This document shows, in pieces, positions 18,732-28,378 of a stretch of 64,000 nucleotides of DNA; positions within the stretch are counted from its first letter, which is position 1, and every line of letters starts with the position of its first letter. The notes beneath the pieces are model-generated. The model saw only the letters and a program-made list of their open reading frames with translations, had not been told where the DNA came from and searched no databases. Source of the DNA: a virus (taxonomy: Duplodnaviria; Caudoviricetes); the IMG/VR virus record IMGVR_UViG_3300010965_000001, positions 32,001-96,000 of that record; one strand, written 5' to 3'. The position numbers and the translations under genes are program-made.

Positions 18732-19531
18732 TAATCCACCTTAATAGATTGGTTGATTCGTTCCTGTATCATGTGAATTCGTTTCAAATCTGCATCTGCA
18801 AATCCCATATAATGTTCACGTTTAACCATGAGCCATTCATACTCAAACATCTGTCCTTTTGCCAGTGCGGCTGGTAGATTCTTGAGTGCTACAGCTGGGT
18901 CATACATGACATAACGTGTTTCGAACTTGTCGAGTAATCGTTTTGAATGGAGACGGGACAAGAACGAATATGATTCCGTTGATACAGCGCCTCCAACACA
19001 CGCCTTTAATCCCTTTTCTTTTGCAAGAGTAAATACCTTCTCAGCCATATCAAATACAAATGGACTCTCAACAAAATTTCTATCTTCACCCAACGAAGAA
19101 ACAAGGTCAACTCTTCCCAACGTGATTCCATACAGTGAAAATATGTCATCAATTTCCATTATGTCTGCGATATTTTTAACAGCAGTCATAGTTTCAATAT
19201 TCACCAATAATTGAAGTGATGATACTGAATCTGGTGAAATATATTTCTTAACGGCACCAATGAACTTCTGAACCCCAAATGGAGATTCAACCATCGGTGC
19301 TACCAACCCCTTCACACCGATAATTGCGGAGTCTTGAATATCTCTGATTGCTTCAGGACCACCAATCTTCAACGTTATCTTCGTCTTTGCTTCGTTACAA
19401 ATCTGTTTAAGACGAACCACTTCGTTGAAGGTTGCACCTTCATCTTCGAAACTTGTCTTGATACCAACCATTCCATGATTTTCAACCAAGTCAGTCAGTA
19501 ACTCTACACATCTAAATTCTCTTTTGTTCAT
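18731..19531 (-). CDS. HpcH/HpaI aldolase / citrate-lyase family protein
   Basis: KIGG.EA, APMVES, NIET, GRVDL.SLG. Confidence 0.82.
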   Translation of the reverse strand: MNKREFRCVELLTDLVENHGMVGIKTSFEDEGATFNEVVRLKQICNEAKTKITLKIGGPEAIRDIQDSAIIGVKGLVAPMVESPFGVQKFIGAVKKYISPDSVSSLQLLVNIETMTAVKNIADIMEIDDIFSLYGITLGRVDLVSSLGEDRNFVESPFVFDMAEKVFTLAKEKGLKACVGGAVSTESYSFLSRLHSKRLLDKFETRYVMYDPAVALKNLPAALAKGQMFEYEWLMVKREHYMGFADADLKRIHMIQERINQSIKVD

Positions 19532-20088
19532 AACTTTCTACTCCTTTTTAATTTAAAAATTTCAGGGTGTTTGTGGACGATTAATGCTACATCACCAGGA
19601 TGTACTGAATGTGGTGAATATGGTTCACATGTTTTTGCAAGTTCAGGAAATTGTGAACTAATTCCCAATATTAGATAAAAGTCCAACACTGAACAGACCA
19701 CCTCTTTTTTATTGAGTGGATTAACTTTTGCTCTCATATCATATCCAAGAAGTTCTCCAGCTCTACGATAAATATACCACGGAAGTTGAAGGAACCCATA
19801 CTGATGCTCCGCGTACAAATCATACAAATATGACACCAACGGAAGTAGTTGGTCTTGTGACATTCCAATCACTTCATACTCCTCATATTCCGATGTTAAG
19901 TCTTCTGTGATATGAGTTTCGGGTCCGATTGAAATTAAAATTTGCGCTTCATAAATTGACGGAATCCCAACGACATCACCTGCACCGATTGCACAATGGG
20001 TATAAGGGCATCCAGTAATCCACCGAATCGCCCATGATAAAAATCCACCCTTAGTGGAGTTGACAACTACTATATTTCCTACTTTCAT
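19528..20088 (-). CDS. permuted papain-like (YiiX/YebB, C92-like) amidase/peptidase
   Basis: GNIVVV ... YTHCAI (His) and C-terminal VVCS (Cys), permuted NlpC/P60 order; start after AGGAG. Confidence 0.7.
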   Translation of the reverse strand: MKVGNIVVVNSTKGGFLSWAIRWITGCPYTHCAIGAGDVVGIPSIYEAQILISIGPETHITEDLTSEYEEYEVIGMSQDQLLPLVSYLYDLYAEHQYGFLQLPWYIYRRAGELLGYDMRAKVNPLNKKEVVCSVLDFYLILGISSQFPELAKTCEPYSPHSVHPGDVALIVHKHPEIFKLKRSRKL

Positions 20089-20098
20089 AATTTCTCCT

Positions 20099-21052
20099 TT
20101 ACCACACAAATGTGTCTTTGTTATATTCTGTGATGTTCCACAACTCTTCGTCAAACTTAACTTTCGGACTCCATCCAAGTGCTCTCAACTTAGAATCATC
20201 GAGTGCATATCGAACGTCTTGCCCTGCCCTAACAACACCAAAGTTAACGTACGGTTCCCATTGGTCAGTTCCCTTCACAAGTTTTATAATCTTCGTAACT
20301 GTCTCCAGATTCGATTGTTCAAATCCTCCACAAATGTTATATATTTCATTCACAACACCCTTTTCTACAATCAACAAAACTGCATCTGCAGTATCTTGTG
20401 CATGTAACCAATTACGAACAGGTTTACCCATATTGTGAAGTGGAATCGGTTTATCCAACATCAAGTATTTACAAGCCTTTGGAATCAACTTTTCCACATA
20501 CTGCCCACACCCATAATTGTTTGTGGGACGAACTATCACGTACGGAATGCCATACGTTCTCGCATACGCGGTAATTAACATATCACCAGCGGCTTTGGTT
20601 GCAGAGTATGGATTGGATGGGTGGAGAATATCCAATTCCGTGTGTGCTCCAACTGCAATATCACCATACACTTCATCGGTACTGAAATGTAACAGAGTGG
20701 GAACCTTACCACTTTCTTGACGATAATTACGAATCAATTCTAACAGATGATGAACTCCACCAATATTTGAGTGGACAAAATCATCACTGTTGGTGATTGA
20801 ATTTCCTACATGTGTTTCAGCGGCACAGTTAATAACATAGTCACATTCATATAAGAATTTAAGGTCATTAATGTCCTCTTTCATAAATGAGAAATTTGGA
20901 TATTTACTCATAAACGATTTAATTAATTTTATATCGGCTGCGTAGGTACACTTGTCAACACCCATCACATACCAACCTTCATTGAGTAATGTCTCTGTTA
21001 CATATGAACCTATGAATCCAAGACATCCTGTTACGTATACTATTTTTTTCAT
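20099..21052 (-). CDS. rfbB: dTDP-glucose 4,6-dehydratase
   Basis: TGCLGFIGS, AAETHV, STDEVYG, PSNPYSATKA, RAGQDVRY. Confidence 0.9.
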   Translation of the reverse strand: MKKIVYVTGCLGFIGSYVTETLLNEGWYVMGVDKCTYAADIKLIKSFMSKYPNFSFMKEDINDLKFLYECDYVINCAAETHVGNSITNSDDFVHSNIGGVHHLLELIRNYRQESGKVPTLLHFSTDEVYGDIAVGAHTELDILHPSNPYSATKAAGDMLITAYARTYGIPYVIVRPTNNYGCGQYVEKLIPKACKYLMLDKPIPLHNMGKPVRNWLHAQDTADAVLLIVEKGVVNEIYNICGGFEQSNLETVTKIIKLVKGTDQWEPYVNFGVVRAGQDVRYALDDSKLRALGWSPKVKFDEELWNITEYNKDTFVW

Positions 21053-21660
21053 TATTCTCCTTTGTAATTAAAGAACTTCGTTGTCAACATATCTTCTCTT
21101 GCTGTATGTGCTGGATTGTAAATGTATGTCCATGCTCTCTCTAAGAAGTATGCCGTGAATGGATGTGTATACCACGGTAACTTGTCTCTTAGATTTTCCC
21201 AAAACCACTTAGGTTTGTTGTGAATGTATTCTTTTGGGACTGAGTACTGCGCCCCACAAGGAAATGCCACGCCGATGAAATTGCAATTGACCAATCCTTC
21301 CACAAATATCTGCGTGTCTTCACCTGCGGCTATGTAGATTCGTTTATCTGCCAGTGGTTGAAAACCCTTCTCATATCGTTTCTCATTAAGAAACTCAAGT
21401 GCCTTCTCATAGTGGTCGAACGGAAAGTCCTGCATGAAAATTGTATACTCTCTCAGTTCATCATAATATGTTGACGTATAATAGATGAAGGAATTATCCG
21501 TGACTCCAATATTAGGAATCGTAATACACTTGTATTTGGGATGCTCAGTCCATCTTCCCTTGTTAATGAGAACTATCTCAAGTTCATCATTGTCTATCTT
21601 ATCTAACCAATCCAAGTCTTTTTGGTATGCGGCTATTACTAATGTTGCTTTTGGTTCCAT
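21052..21660 (-). CDS. DUF3431-like protein (putative glycosyltransferase)
   Basis: LVIAAYQKDLDWL, PNIG, FMQDFPFDH, GAQYSV, LERAW. Confidence 0.7.
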   Translation of the reverse strand: MEPKATLVIAAYQKDLDWLDKIDNDELEIVLINKGRWTEHPKYKCITIPNIGVTDNSFIYYTSTYYDELREYTIFMQDFPFDHYEKALEFLNEKRYEKGFQPLADKRIYIAAGEDTQIFVEGLVNCNFIGVAFPCGAQYSVPKEYIHNKPKWFWENLRDKLPWYTHPFTAYFLERAWTYIYNPAHTAREDMLTTKFFNYKGE

Positions 21661-21668
21661 GCTACTCC

Positions 21669-22610
21669 TTATAAGAAATTTTTACTCTTTAAGTATTCGT
21701 CTACTTTATTCATAAATTGAATTGGTTTACCCTTGCCCTGTGTATGCCCGATGAAGTGTGTGATACGTGACTTCAGTGCGATGTCCCATCCATTAAGTTC
21801 ACTTGAATGGTTTATCTCCCCAAATGTTGGATGAACACCCCAATTAGGAACTACGTAATAATTTACAGTATCTAAGATGTGAATGGGTTTCTTGGATAAT
21901 GCGATATTCATTACTCCCATGAATGACTGTTGTTGTGTGTCGATTTTGAATCTATCCACTCCCCATATCTCCTTGCCGTTTTCGTCAAAGATTGTGGAGT
22001 AATCAAAGAGACTCAATAACAATTCCATTCCATCCTTTGATAAAAAATCATCATAAAGGCTTAAATCTATTCCTTGAAATCCTGCATTGAATCCGAGCAT
22101 CTCTGGATTTTGTTGTTTATATACATCAATCAATGGTTGACCGTAAATGTCAGCCAATTTATTAAATAGAACCTTATCACAACTTGAATTCATTGGTTCT
22201 GCTATTAAACAGGGTGTACGTGAAAGTAGAACATTGTATACTTCGCTAAAATCGTCATTGATTAAAATGTCATCATCGTATATTAAATAATAATGTTTGA
22301 GTAACACCCTACGAAGGTAGTGACCCATGAGAATGAAATAGATTGCTTTCCACTTCTTGAATCGTGTTATGTCAGTTCCTTCATAAAATTCAGAAACATA
22401 GTTATCAAAGAAACCAAAATTATATGATGTCAAATTTTGTATTTGTGAATCTATCAATTCAGACCAGTTACCTTCTTCTTGAAGATTACAGTCATTGGTA
22501 TCGTCCCACAGAATGTGAAATTCTATTCGTTGGTCAGGATTTATTGCATGAATCTTGGATTGAATCTGATGTAGTGCGAAGAAGGATTGTTTATTCTTCG
22601 CTCTCATTAT
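21669..22610 (-). CDS. putative GT-A glycosyltransferase (GT8-like)
   Basis: YDDDIL (DxD), FNAG, QQ, THFIG; likely start MRAKNK at 22610. Confidence 0.55.
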   Translation of the reverse strand: MMRAKNKQSFFALHQIQSKIHAINPDQRIEFHILWDDTNDCNLQEEGNWSELIDSQIQNLTSYNFGFFDNYVSEFYEGTDITRFKKWKAIYFILMGHYLRRVLLKHYYLIYDDDILINDDFSEVYNVLLSRTPCLIAEPMNSSCDKVLFNKLADIYGQPLIDVYKQQNPEMLGFNAGFQGIDLSLYDDFLSKDGMELLLSLFDYSTIFDENGKEIWGVDRFKIDTQQQSFMGVMNIALSKKPIHILDTVNYYVVPNWGVHPTFGEINHSSELNGWDIALKSRITHFIGHTQGKGKPIQFMNKVDEYLKSKNFL

Positions 22611-22611
22611 G

Positions 22612-24318
22612 TTAGATATTACGATTGTTTCCATAATTTTCAATGATTTGTTTGTAATAGTTTTCGTATGCCATGTCGTTATTTATATTGTACGTCAATG
22701 CTGTCTGTAAATTCTCCTTGATTGCATCCATCATTGAAAAATACTTCTTCTCCGTAAGTTCTGATAATATGGTATCCAATTCTTCTTGTGTCGTAAATGT
22801 GATGATTCCGTCTTTGTTAAAGAAATCTCCTACATTTGGACAACCGTAATAAATTGGAACTGTACCTGTTAAGAAACAATCTGTCAATTTTTCAGTAAAT
22901 GCATTTGTGTCCACCACATTCTCAATCGCCACATTGAACATATAGGGATGGAGTGCATCCAACTTGCTCGGAATCTCCCGTATCCCTCTACCGAATACTT
23001 CTACTCTATCATTGATTGAATTAACAAACTTCATCCGTTGAATGTGACCAGGAAGTGTAGTCTTATTTGAAGTTACACATGACACCTTCTTCGTCTTTGG
23101 ATATAACCGAAATGCCTGCATTGGAAAATCATATGTCTCCATAATATCTGACTTATACGGACGTAAGTTATGCCGTGGTGGGAAGGGTAATGGATTATCA
23201 ATGATGTTGAACTGCGACACCTCTGTGATATTGCATCTCATTGCATTTGGCAGTTTCAACAGTTCTTCATCATACGTCAAGATTGCGGCAAACTTGTCGT
23301 AATTCCGTAAGAGTGCGGCGTGCACTTCCTTACCGTAGTAGTCACGATGTTCTCCGACTCTTGCCACAATAGGAACATTCCGATTGATAACGATGGAACC
23401 GTTTAAATATTCCAAAATTCCATTATCTATCAACAGTGTCATATCATACTCACCATCTGACTGGTCGTAACAGAATGTAAACTTGGTAGGTATGTTATGA
23501 AACTCCACATATTCATGGAATACATTTATCTGTGGTAACTTCTCACCAGACAATCCTTCTTTGTATGTTTTACGTGTTCTGATTTCCACTTCGTATTTTG
23601 CATTATCAGTTGTTTCACGTGCCGCGGTGCGAACTGCACTGGATTTGGATTGGTTGTAGACATACGTGTAAAAGTCACAAACACCAATTTTCTCTTTAGG
23701 ACACATTTCCATGAGTGGGAACATCTCTATCAAATCCCCAGCATGCCATGCCAACTTATTGTCGATGTGTGAATAATAATCATTATCGTCATATGCATAC
23801 CACAGAAATCCTCTAAAGGTTCTTAAATGGCTTGCTCTCCACGTATCACGTTTGTAAAATTTGTATTTGTGTACGAAGTCTGGATAAGGAGTATTTTGTG
23901 GGAATGGTATGCCAGCACCTTCCAAATCACCCTCACCATCCCAACATACAAATGCACCATACGTCATCCAATAGTTACCTTTATCATAAAAGTCACTAAG
24001 TTTCTGCAATACGTTTTCATCATACAACCAATCATCACCATCGATTCGAACCACAATATCATCAAGAAGTATATCAAAATCTTTCATGTGTTGTGTGGAG
24101 TTGAACGTGCCGCCCATACGTTCTGTGTTGATAATAATCTTAAATCGTGGGTCATCTCCGACTGCTTGTTTAACTAACTCAGCCGTGTTATCATCGCACA
24201 AATCAACCACATACAAGACTTCGTAGTTTGTATATGACTGATTTAAGATACTTGCAATGTTGTATTCTACCCACGATTCGTTATTGTATGAGGTGACTAT
24301 CAATTTGAATCTATTCAT
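22612..24318 (-). CDS. fused GT2 + GT10 (fucosyltransferase-like) glycosyltransferase
   Basis: N-terminal IDGDDWL GT2 domain; C-terminal YMFNVAIEN, FTEKLTDCFLTGTVPIYYG GT10 signature. Confidence 0.85.
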   Translation of the reverse strand: MNRFKLIVTSYNNESWVEYNIASILNQSYTNYEVLYVVDLCDDNTAELVKQAVGDDPRFKIIINTERMGGTFNSTQHMKDFDILLDDIVVRIDGDDWLYDENVLQKLSDFYDKGNYWMTYGAFVCWDGEGDLEGAGIPFPQNTPYPDFVHKYKFYKRDTWRASHLRTFRGFLWYAYDDNDYYSHIDNKLAWHAGDLIEMFPLMEMCPKEKIGVCDFYTYVYNQSKSSAVRTAARETTDNAKYEVEIRTRKTYKEGLSGEKLPQINVFHEYVEFHNIPTKFTFCYDQSDGEYDMTLLIDNGILEYLNGSIVINRNVPIVARVGEHRDYYGKEVHAALLRNYDKFAAILTYDEELLKLPNAMRCNITEVSQFNIIDNPLPFPPRHNLRPYKSDIMETYDFPMQAFRLYPKTKKVSCVTSNKTTLPGHIQRMKFVNSINDRVEVFGRGIREIPSKLDALHPYMFNVAIENVVDTNAFTEKLTDCFLTGTVPIYYGCPNVGDFFNKDGIITFTTQEELDTILSELTEKKYFSMMDAIKENLQTALTYNINNDMAYENYYKQIIENYGNNRNI

Positions 24319-24328
24319 GTATAACCTT

Positions 24329-25201
24329 TTAGTTTTCGTTGTCGATGTTAATCCATGACGGCGGATACCAATTGCCGTTTATCCATGCTAAGTCGTGATT
24401 CTTTTTAAGATAATTTGTAGGACATATAACCTTTTTATTTGGATTTTTGTTTAAGTATGCTCCCCACCAACTGAATGAACTATTTGCAATTACATTGTGG
24501 TCACACATACTCATTAATGCCAAATCTGAAAGTTCCGTATCTGTGCTTTGTTGATGTTCATTTCGTGCTTCGATGAAGACTACATTGTCACCTTCAAACA
24601 AATCTTTGACATATCCAATATCATTAGAAAACACCACAAATCCAACACCTTTGAATTTGTTGATTGCGTCAACGTAGTAGTCTGTTGATAACTCACAAAA
24701 TGAATGCCACGGTAATAAATAGTCTCCACGCCTCACATGAATGCTGACTAATTCCTTATCACCAAAATAATTTTTAATATCTTTCAACTTCATTTCCGCT
24801 GTTCTACGACTATAAGTTTCGAACTCCATATTAGCCATTTCACAACCAACTACGTCATGCCAATACGTGTAAAGGTCAAATCTGCCAATGTAGTCGTAAT
24901 TGAGATTTGGGTCAAGGTCTAACACTGTCTTGTCAAATGGAATGGAACCATCAATTGTCTTCTTCGTGAAGTCATTGAAAAATTCATGTGGGAGAATCTC
25001 ATAATCCAACTTCAACAATTCTCCAACTTTAATGTCACCGTATGAACCTTTAACAAATGGTTGAAGTCCGTCCATCATCCTCTGAGAGAATGCGATACGT
25101 CTTCCTGTCTGTCTTGCGATTGATAATAGTGCGGCATAGTTCCCAAGTTGGGAACCCACACCACCTAACGCACCTAAACTGCTTAACGTTATGTATTTCA
25201 T
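24329..25201 (-). CDS. alpha-1,2-fucosyltransferase-like (GT11)
   Basis: SIHVRRGDY, VFSND, CDHNVIANSSFSWWGAYL. Confidence 0.92.
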   Translation of the reverse strand: MKYITLSSLGALGGVGSQLGNYAALLSIARQTGRRIAFSQRMMDGLQPFVKGSYGDIKVGELLKLDYEILPHEFFNDFTKKTIDGSIPFDKTVLDLDPNLNYDYIGRFDLYTYWHDVVGCEMANMEFETYSRRTAEMKLKDIKNYFGDKELVSIHVRRGDYLLPWHSFCELSTDYYVDAINKFKGVGFVVFSNDIGYVKDLFEGDNVVFIEARNEHQQSTDTELSDLALMSMCDHNVIANSSFSWWGAYLNKNPNKKVICPTNYLKKNHDLAWINGNWYPPSWINIDNEN

Positions 25202-25202
25202 A

Positions 25203-26573
25203 TTAGTATGCCTTTACAAAATAATCTCGCATGAATCGTTCCACAACAACTTCAATGTAATCCAACTGTTCATCCGTAATTCCAGGATATACCCCGAGGA
25301 AGAATGAATCCAACGTTGACTTAGTTGCCACTGGAAATTCTCTTCTTGGATTTACATACTTGCTAGCTTGGTCAACGTACGCTGGATGAAGTAGTGCATT
25401 CCCCGTAAAGTACGAACGTGTCTGAACTTTCTTATGTTCGAACCACGACATCAGTTGGTCTTTTGTAAATGGTGATTCATCCTTAATCGTAAGAAGGAAT
25501 CCAAACCACGACACATCCGCCCCAAACTCCGCCAGTGGCATGTGGAGATACTTCCGATATGGATAGAATATTTCACACAACCTCGCGTGGTTCTTCTTTC
25601 TCTTCGCGTGCATTTCATCCAACTTGTCAATTTGTTCCAATCCAATTGCAGTCTGCATTTCAATTGGTTTTAAGTTATATCCGATTTCATCAAACACATA
25701 ACGATGGTCAAATGTTATATCGTCATGTCCCTTGAACCAACACTTAAACCGATTGCCACATGCAGTCCCATCGATGACATCACCAGGTTTGTTTGTATTA
25801 CAATGACATGCCCTACCCCAATCACGGAGACTTGACACGACTATCCGTTCCTTCATCGTGTTCACTCCAACGAACCCACCTTCACCCATTGTCATGTGAT
25901 GTGCTGGGAAGAATGAACAACTTGAAAGATGTCCAAATGACCCCAACACCTGCCCCTTGTACGTAGAACCAAGTGCATCACATGCATCTTCTAAGAATAT
26001 CAAATTGTATTCTTTGACAATTCTCATAACTCTATCCATGTCAGGAGGATTTCCTAAAACGTGTGCGAATATGATTCCTTTGATTTCTTTGGCAGTATCT
26101 AACTTCAAAACTGCTTCCACTTGGTCTAAGTCTAAATTCAAACTTGGAAGTGTGACATCTACGAAGACAGGTTCGAACCCATTCTGAATGATTGGATTGA
26201 GTGTTGTAGGGAAGCATAATACAGGTGTGATGAACTTCGAACCAACTGGAAGGTTATACAACCGTTTCGACTTCATTGCGGCGAGCATTAACAAATTTGC
26301 AGATGAACCTGAATTGACTACTACACCATCCTTCTTTCCAAGTTTCGGTGCGAACTTCGTTTCAAACTTACGTGCGGTCTCTCCCAAAATCAACCACTCC
26401 GATAGGAGAGATGTGATTGCGGCAGTGTATTCCTTCTCATTGAAGAACGGACCAGAATAATGAATCCAATCTTTACCAGCAACCCACTTCTTTGCCTTCT
26501 TTGTTTTGATATACGAACTTACAACTTTTAAAATGATTTTATGTTTCAACTTCTGAATTGTGTCATTAAACAT
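25203..26573 (-). CDS. rfbH: NDP-4-keto-6-deoxyhexose 3-dehydratase (RfbH/DdhC, E1 type)
   Basis: NSGSSANL, EDACDALG, SFFPAHH (His in place of the PLP lysine), RDWGRACHC...C Fe-S cysteines; start 26573 overlaps fcl stop. Confidence 0.88.
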   Translation of the reverse strand: MFNDTIQKLKHKIILKVVSSYIKTKKAKKWVAGKDWIHYSGPFFNEKEYTAAITSLLSEWLILGETARKFETKFAPKLGKKDGVVVNSGSSANLLMLAAMKSKRLYNLPVGSKFITPVLCFPTTLNPIIQNGFEPVFVDVTLPSLNLDLDQVEAVLKLDTAKEIKGIIFAHVLGNPPDMDRVMRIVKEYNLIFLEDACDALGSTYKGQVLGSFGHLSSCSFFPAHHMTMGEGGFVGVNTMKERIVVSSLRDWGRACHCNTNKPGDVIDGTACGNRFKCWFKGHDDITFDHRYVFDEIGYNLKPIEMQTAIGLEQIDKLDEMHAKRKKNHARLCEIFYPYRKYLHMPLAEFGADVSWFGFLLTIKDESPFTKDQLMSWFEHKKVQTRSYFTGNALLHPAYVDQASKYVNPRREFPVATKSTLDSFFLGVYPGITDEQLDYIEVVVERFMRDYFVKAY

Positions 26574-27513
26574 TTTTATCTCCACGATATAGGATATTAT
26601 AAACTTTTTGGATTCCGTTAACAAAGTGCGTGAATTCAAAATTTGGAATAAGATTTACCATTTTATTAATACTTACATCTTTACGGTATTGACCGTCGGG
26701 ATATGTACTGTCATACCAAATATCCCAATCTTCATGCCCCAATGCCAATAGTGTCATTCGTGCTAATTCATCTATACTGAAATTTTGACCGACAGGGGCG
26801 ACATTGAAACTTTCAGTAATATCGTACTCAACCATATCTCCCAACACTCTCGCCAAGTCTCCAGCATACATAAATTGACGTAACGGCTTTCCAGTCCCCA
26901 TTAATTTAATAGTCTTATCTCCATACTCCTCAGCGCGCTGAATCTTTGATAGAAGTGCCGTCACAAAATGTGGTTTGTTAGCATTACGTCCGTAAATTAC
27001 GTCATACTCACTATAGAGATTGGAAGGTATTACGTAATTGTAGTTAGTTTTGTACTGTTGATTGTATGCGTCTATTTGAACTGCCATACATCGTTTCGCA
27101 TATCCATAACTGAAATTGGTTTCTGCTGGTGGTCCGAGATGTAAATCCGTTTCCACCATTGGATACTTGTCCATTACATCAGGATAGATGCATGTACTCA
27201 GTATACCAGTGAATCGTTCAACATTATATTTATGTGCGTACTTTACCATCAAAGTATTCATTAAAATATTTTGGTCGAAGAAGTCGGCTGGGTGCATCAT
27301 ATTATCCATGATACCACCAACTTTCCCCGCGGCGTGTATAATTCGTTGTGGACGATTTGCAGAAATCATATATTCGACATGGACAGGGTTTGTCAAGTCA
27401 AATTCTTCACCGAAATTGTCTTTGGTGACAAAAACGGCAGATGGGAACTGCTCGCGGAGATGTTTTCCCACCATGCCGTTCCCACCTGTTATTAGTAATT
27501 CGTTATCAAACAT
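26566..27513 (-). CDS. fcl: GDP-L-fucose-synthase-like epimerase/reductase
   Basis: TGGNGMVG, AGKVGGI, STCIYP, YGYAKR, PSNLY, GTGKPLRQF, PDGQYRK. Confidence 0.88.
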   Translation of the reverse strand: MFDNELLITGGNGMVGKHLREQFPSAVFVTKDNFGEEFDLTNPVHVEYMISANRPQRIIHAAGKVGGIMDNMMHPADFFDQNILMNTLMVKYAHKYNVERFTGILSTCIYPDVMDKYPMVETDLHLGPPAETNFSYGYAKRCMAVQIDAYNQQYKTNYNYVIPSNLYSEYDVIYGRNANKPHFVTALLSKIQRAEEYGDKTIKLMGTGKPLRQFMYAGDLARVLGDMVEYDITESFNVAPVGQNFSIDELARMTLLALGHEDWDIWYDSTYPDGQYRKDVSINKMVNLIPNFEFTHFVNGIQKVYNILYRGDKNV

Positions 27514-27545
27514 ATCAGAACCTATTAGTCTACTTGTATAATAAT

Positions 27546-27574
27546 AATATACGAAATTATTTAGTCAAAGTCAA
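27546..27574 (-). promoter_or_regulatory. sigma70-like promoter
   Basis: TTGACT-17 nt-TATATT upstream of fcl. Confidence 0.8.
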
Positions 27575-27575
27575 C

Positions 27576-28319
27576 TCACAACCATTCTTTTAATTCAATA
27601 AATTCACATCCCAATTTATCAATGATTTCAAGTTTTCTTCGTTCATCTTTTTCAGATTTACTACGATGTGCTTTTTCATAATATTCAATCACAACATTCT
27701 TTTCTTTGTCATATCCATCGACAAAGTATCCAAGTTCTTCAATATAATATTCACCACCATTAAGTGCATGTTGAAAATTATAATTATGTTGTTTCCCATA
27801 TTCCTCAATCACATCACATGCTTTTTTATTATATCGGGGAGCGATTCCAAGTTTCTTAAATCGTTCTACAGCTGCTCGACGTAAAATACATCTATTTTCT
27901 GGATTAATATATCGTAATGACTGTGATTCCGACATTTTTTTCCGAGTTTCTTCTGTGTGCCGACTTCCAAGTAAACGTTCCGATGTTTTCTTACACTGTT
28001 CAATTGGTTGTGTTTTCCCAGTATTGGCAATAGATAAATTTTTTCGATGCTCTTCTGAAAATTCCTTTTCTTTTGCTGCACAAGATTTACATCTGCGATT
28101 TAATTTTACATATCGATTGAACTGATATAAATTATTACATTTGATTGATTCACCACAACTCGGACAATTACGAAAATACTCTCCAACCCTGTTCAAATTA
28201 CATATGTTTTGTGCTAATTTATTCTTAACTTTTGATTCTTCTGTAACTTTAGAAGCACGTTGTAATTTATGAGCAATCTTACGTTCATCTTCTGTATGAT
28301 ATAACTTTGGTCTTCCCAT
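27576..28319 (-). mobile_element. free-standing homing-endonuclease-like gene (NUMOD3 repeats + Vsr/EDxHD-like nuclease)
   Basis: CPSC/CKSC zinc motif, SEEHRKNLS and HTEETRKKMSES repeats, C-terminal VDG..VIEYYEKAH..D..R. Confidence 0.75.
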
Positions 28320-28378
28320 AGGTATCTCCATTAATTGAGTATACATATAAGTATCAAGCATTTTGATTTTCCTGCTGA

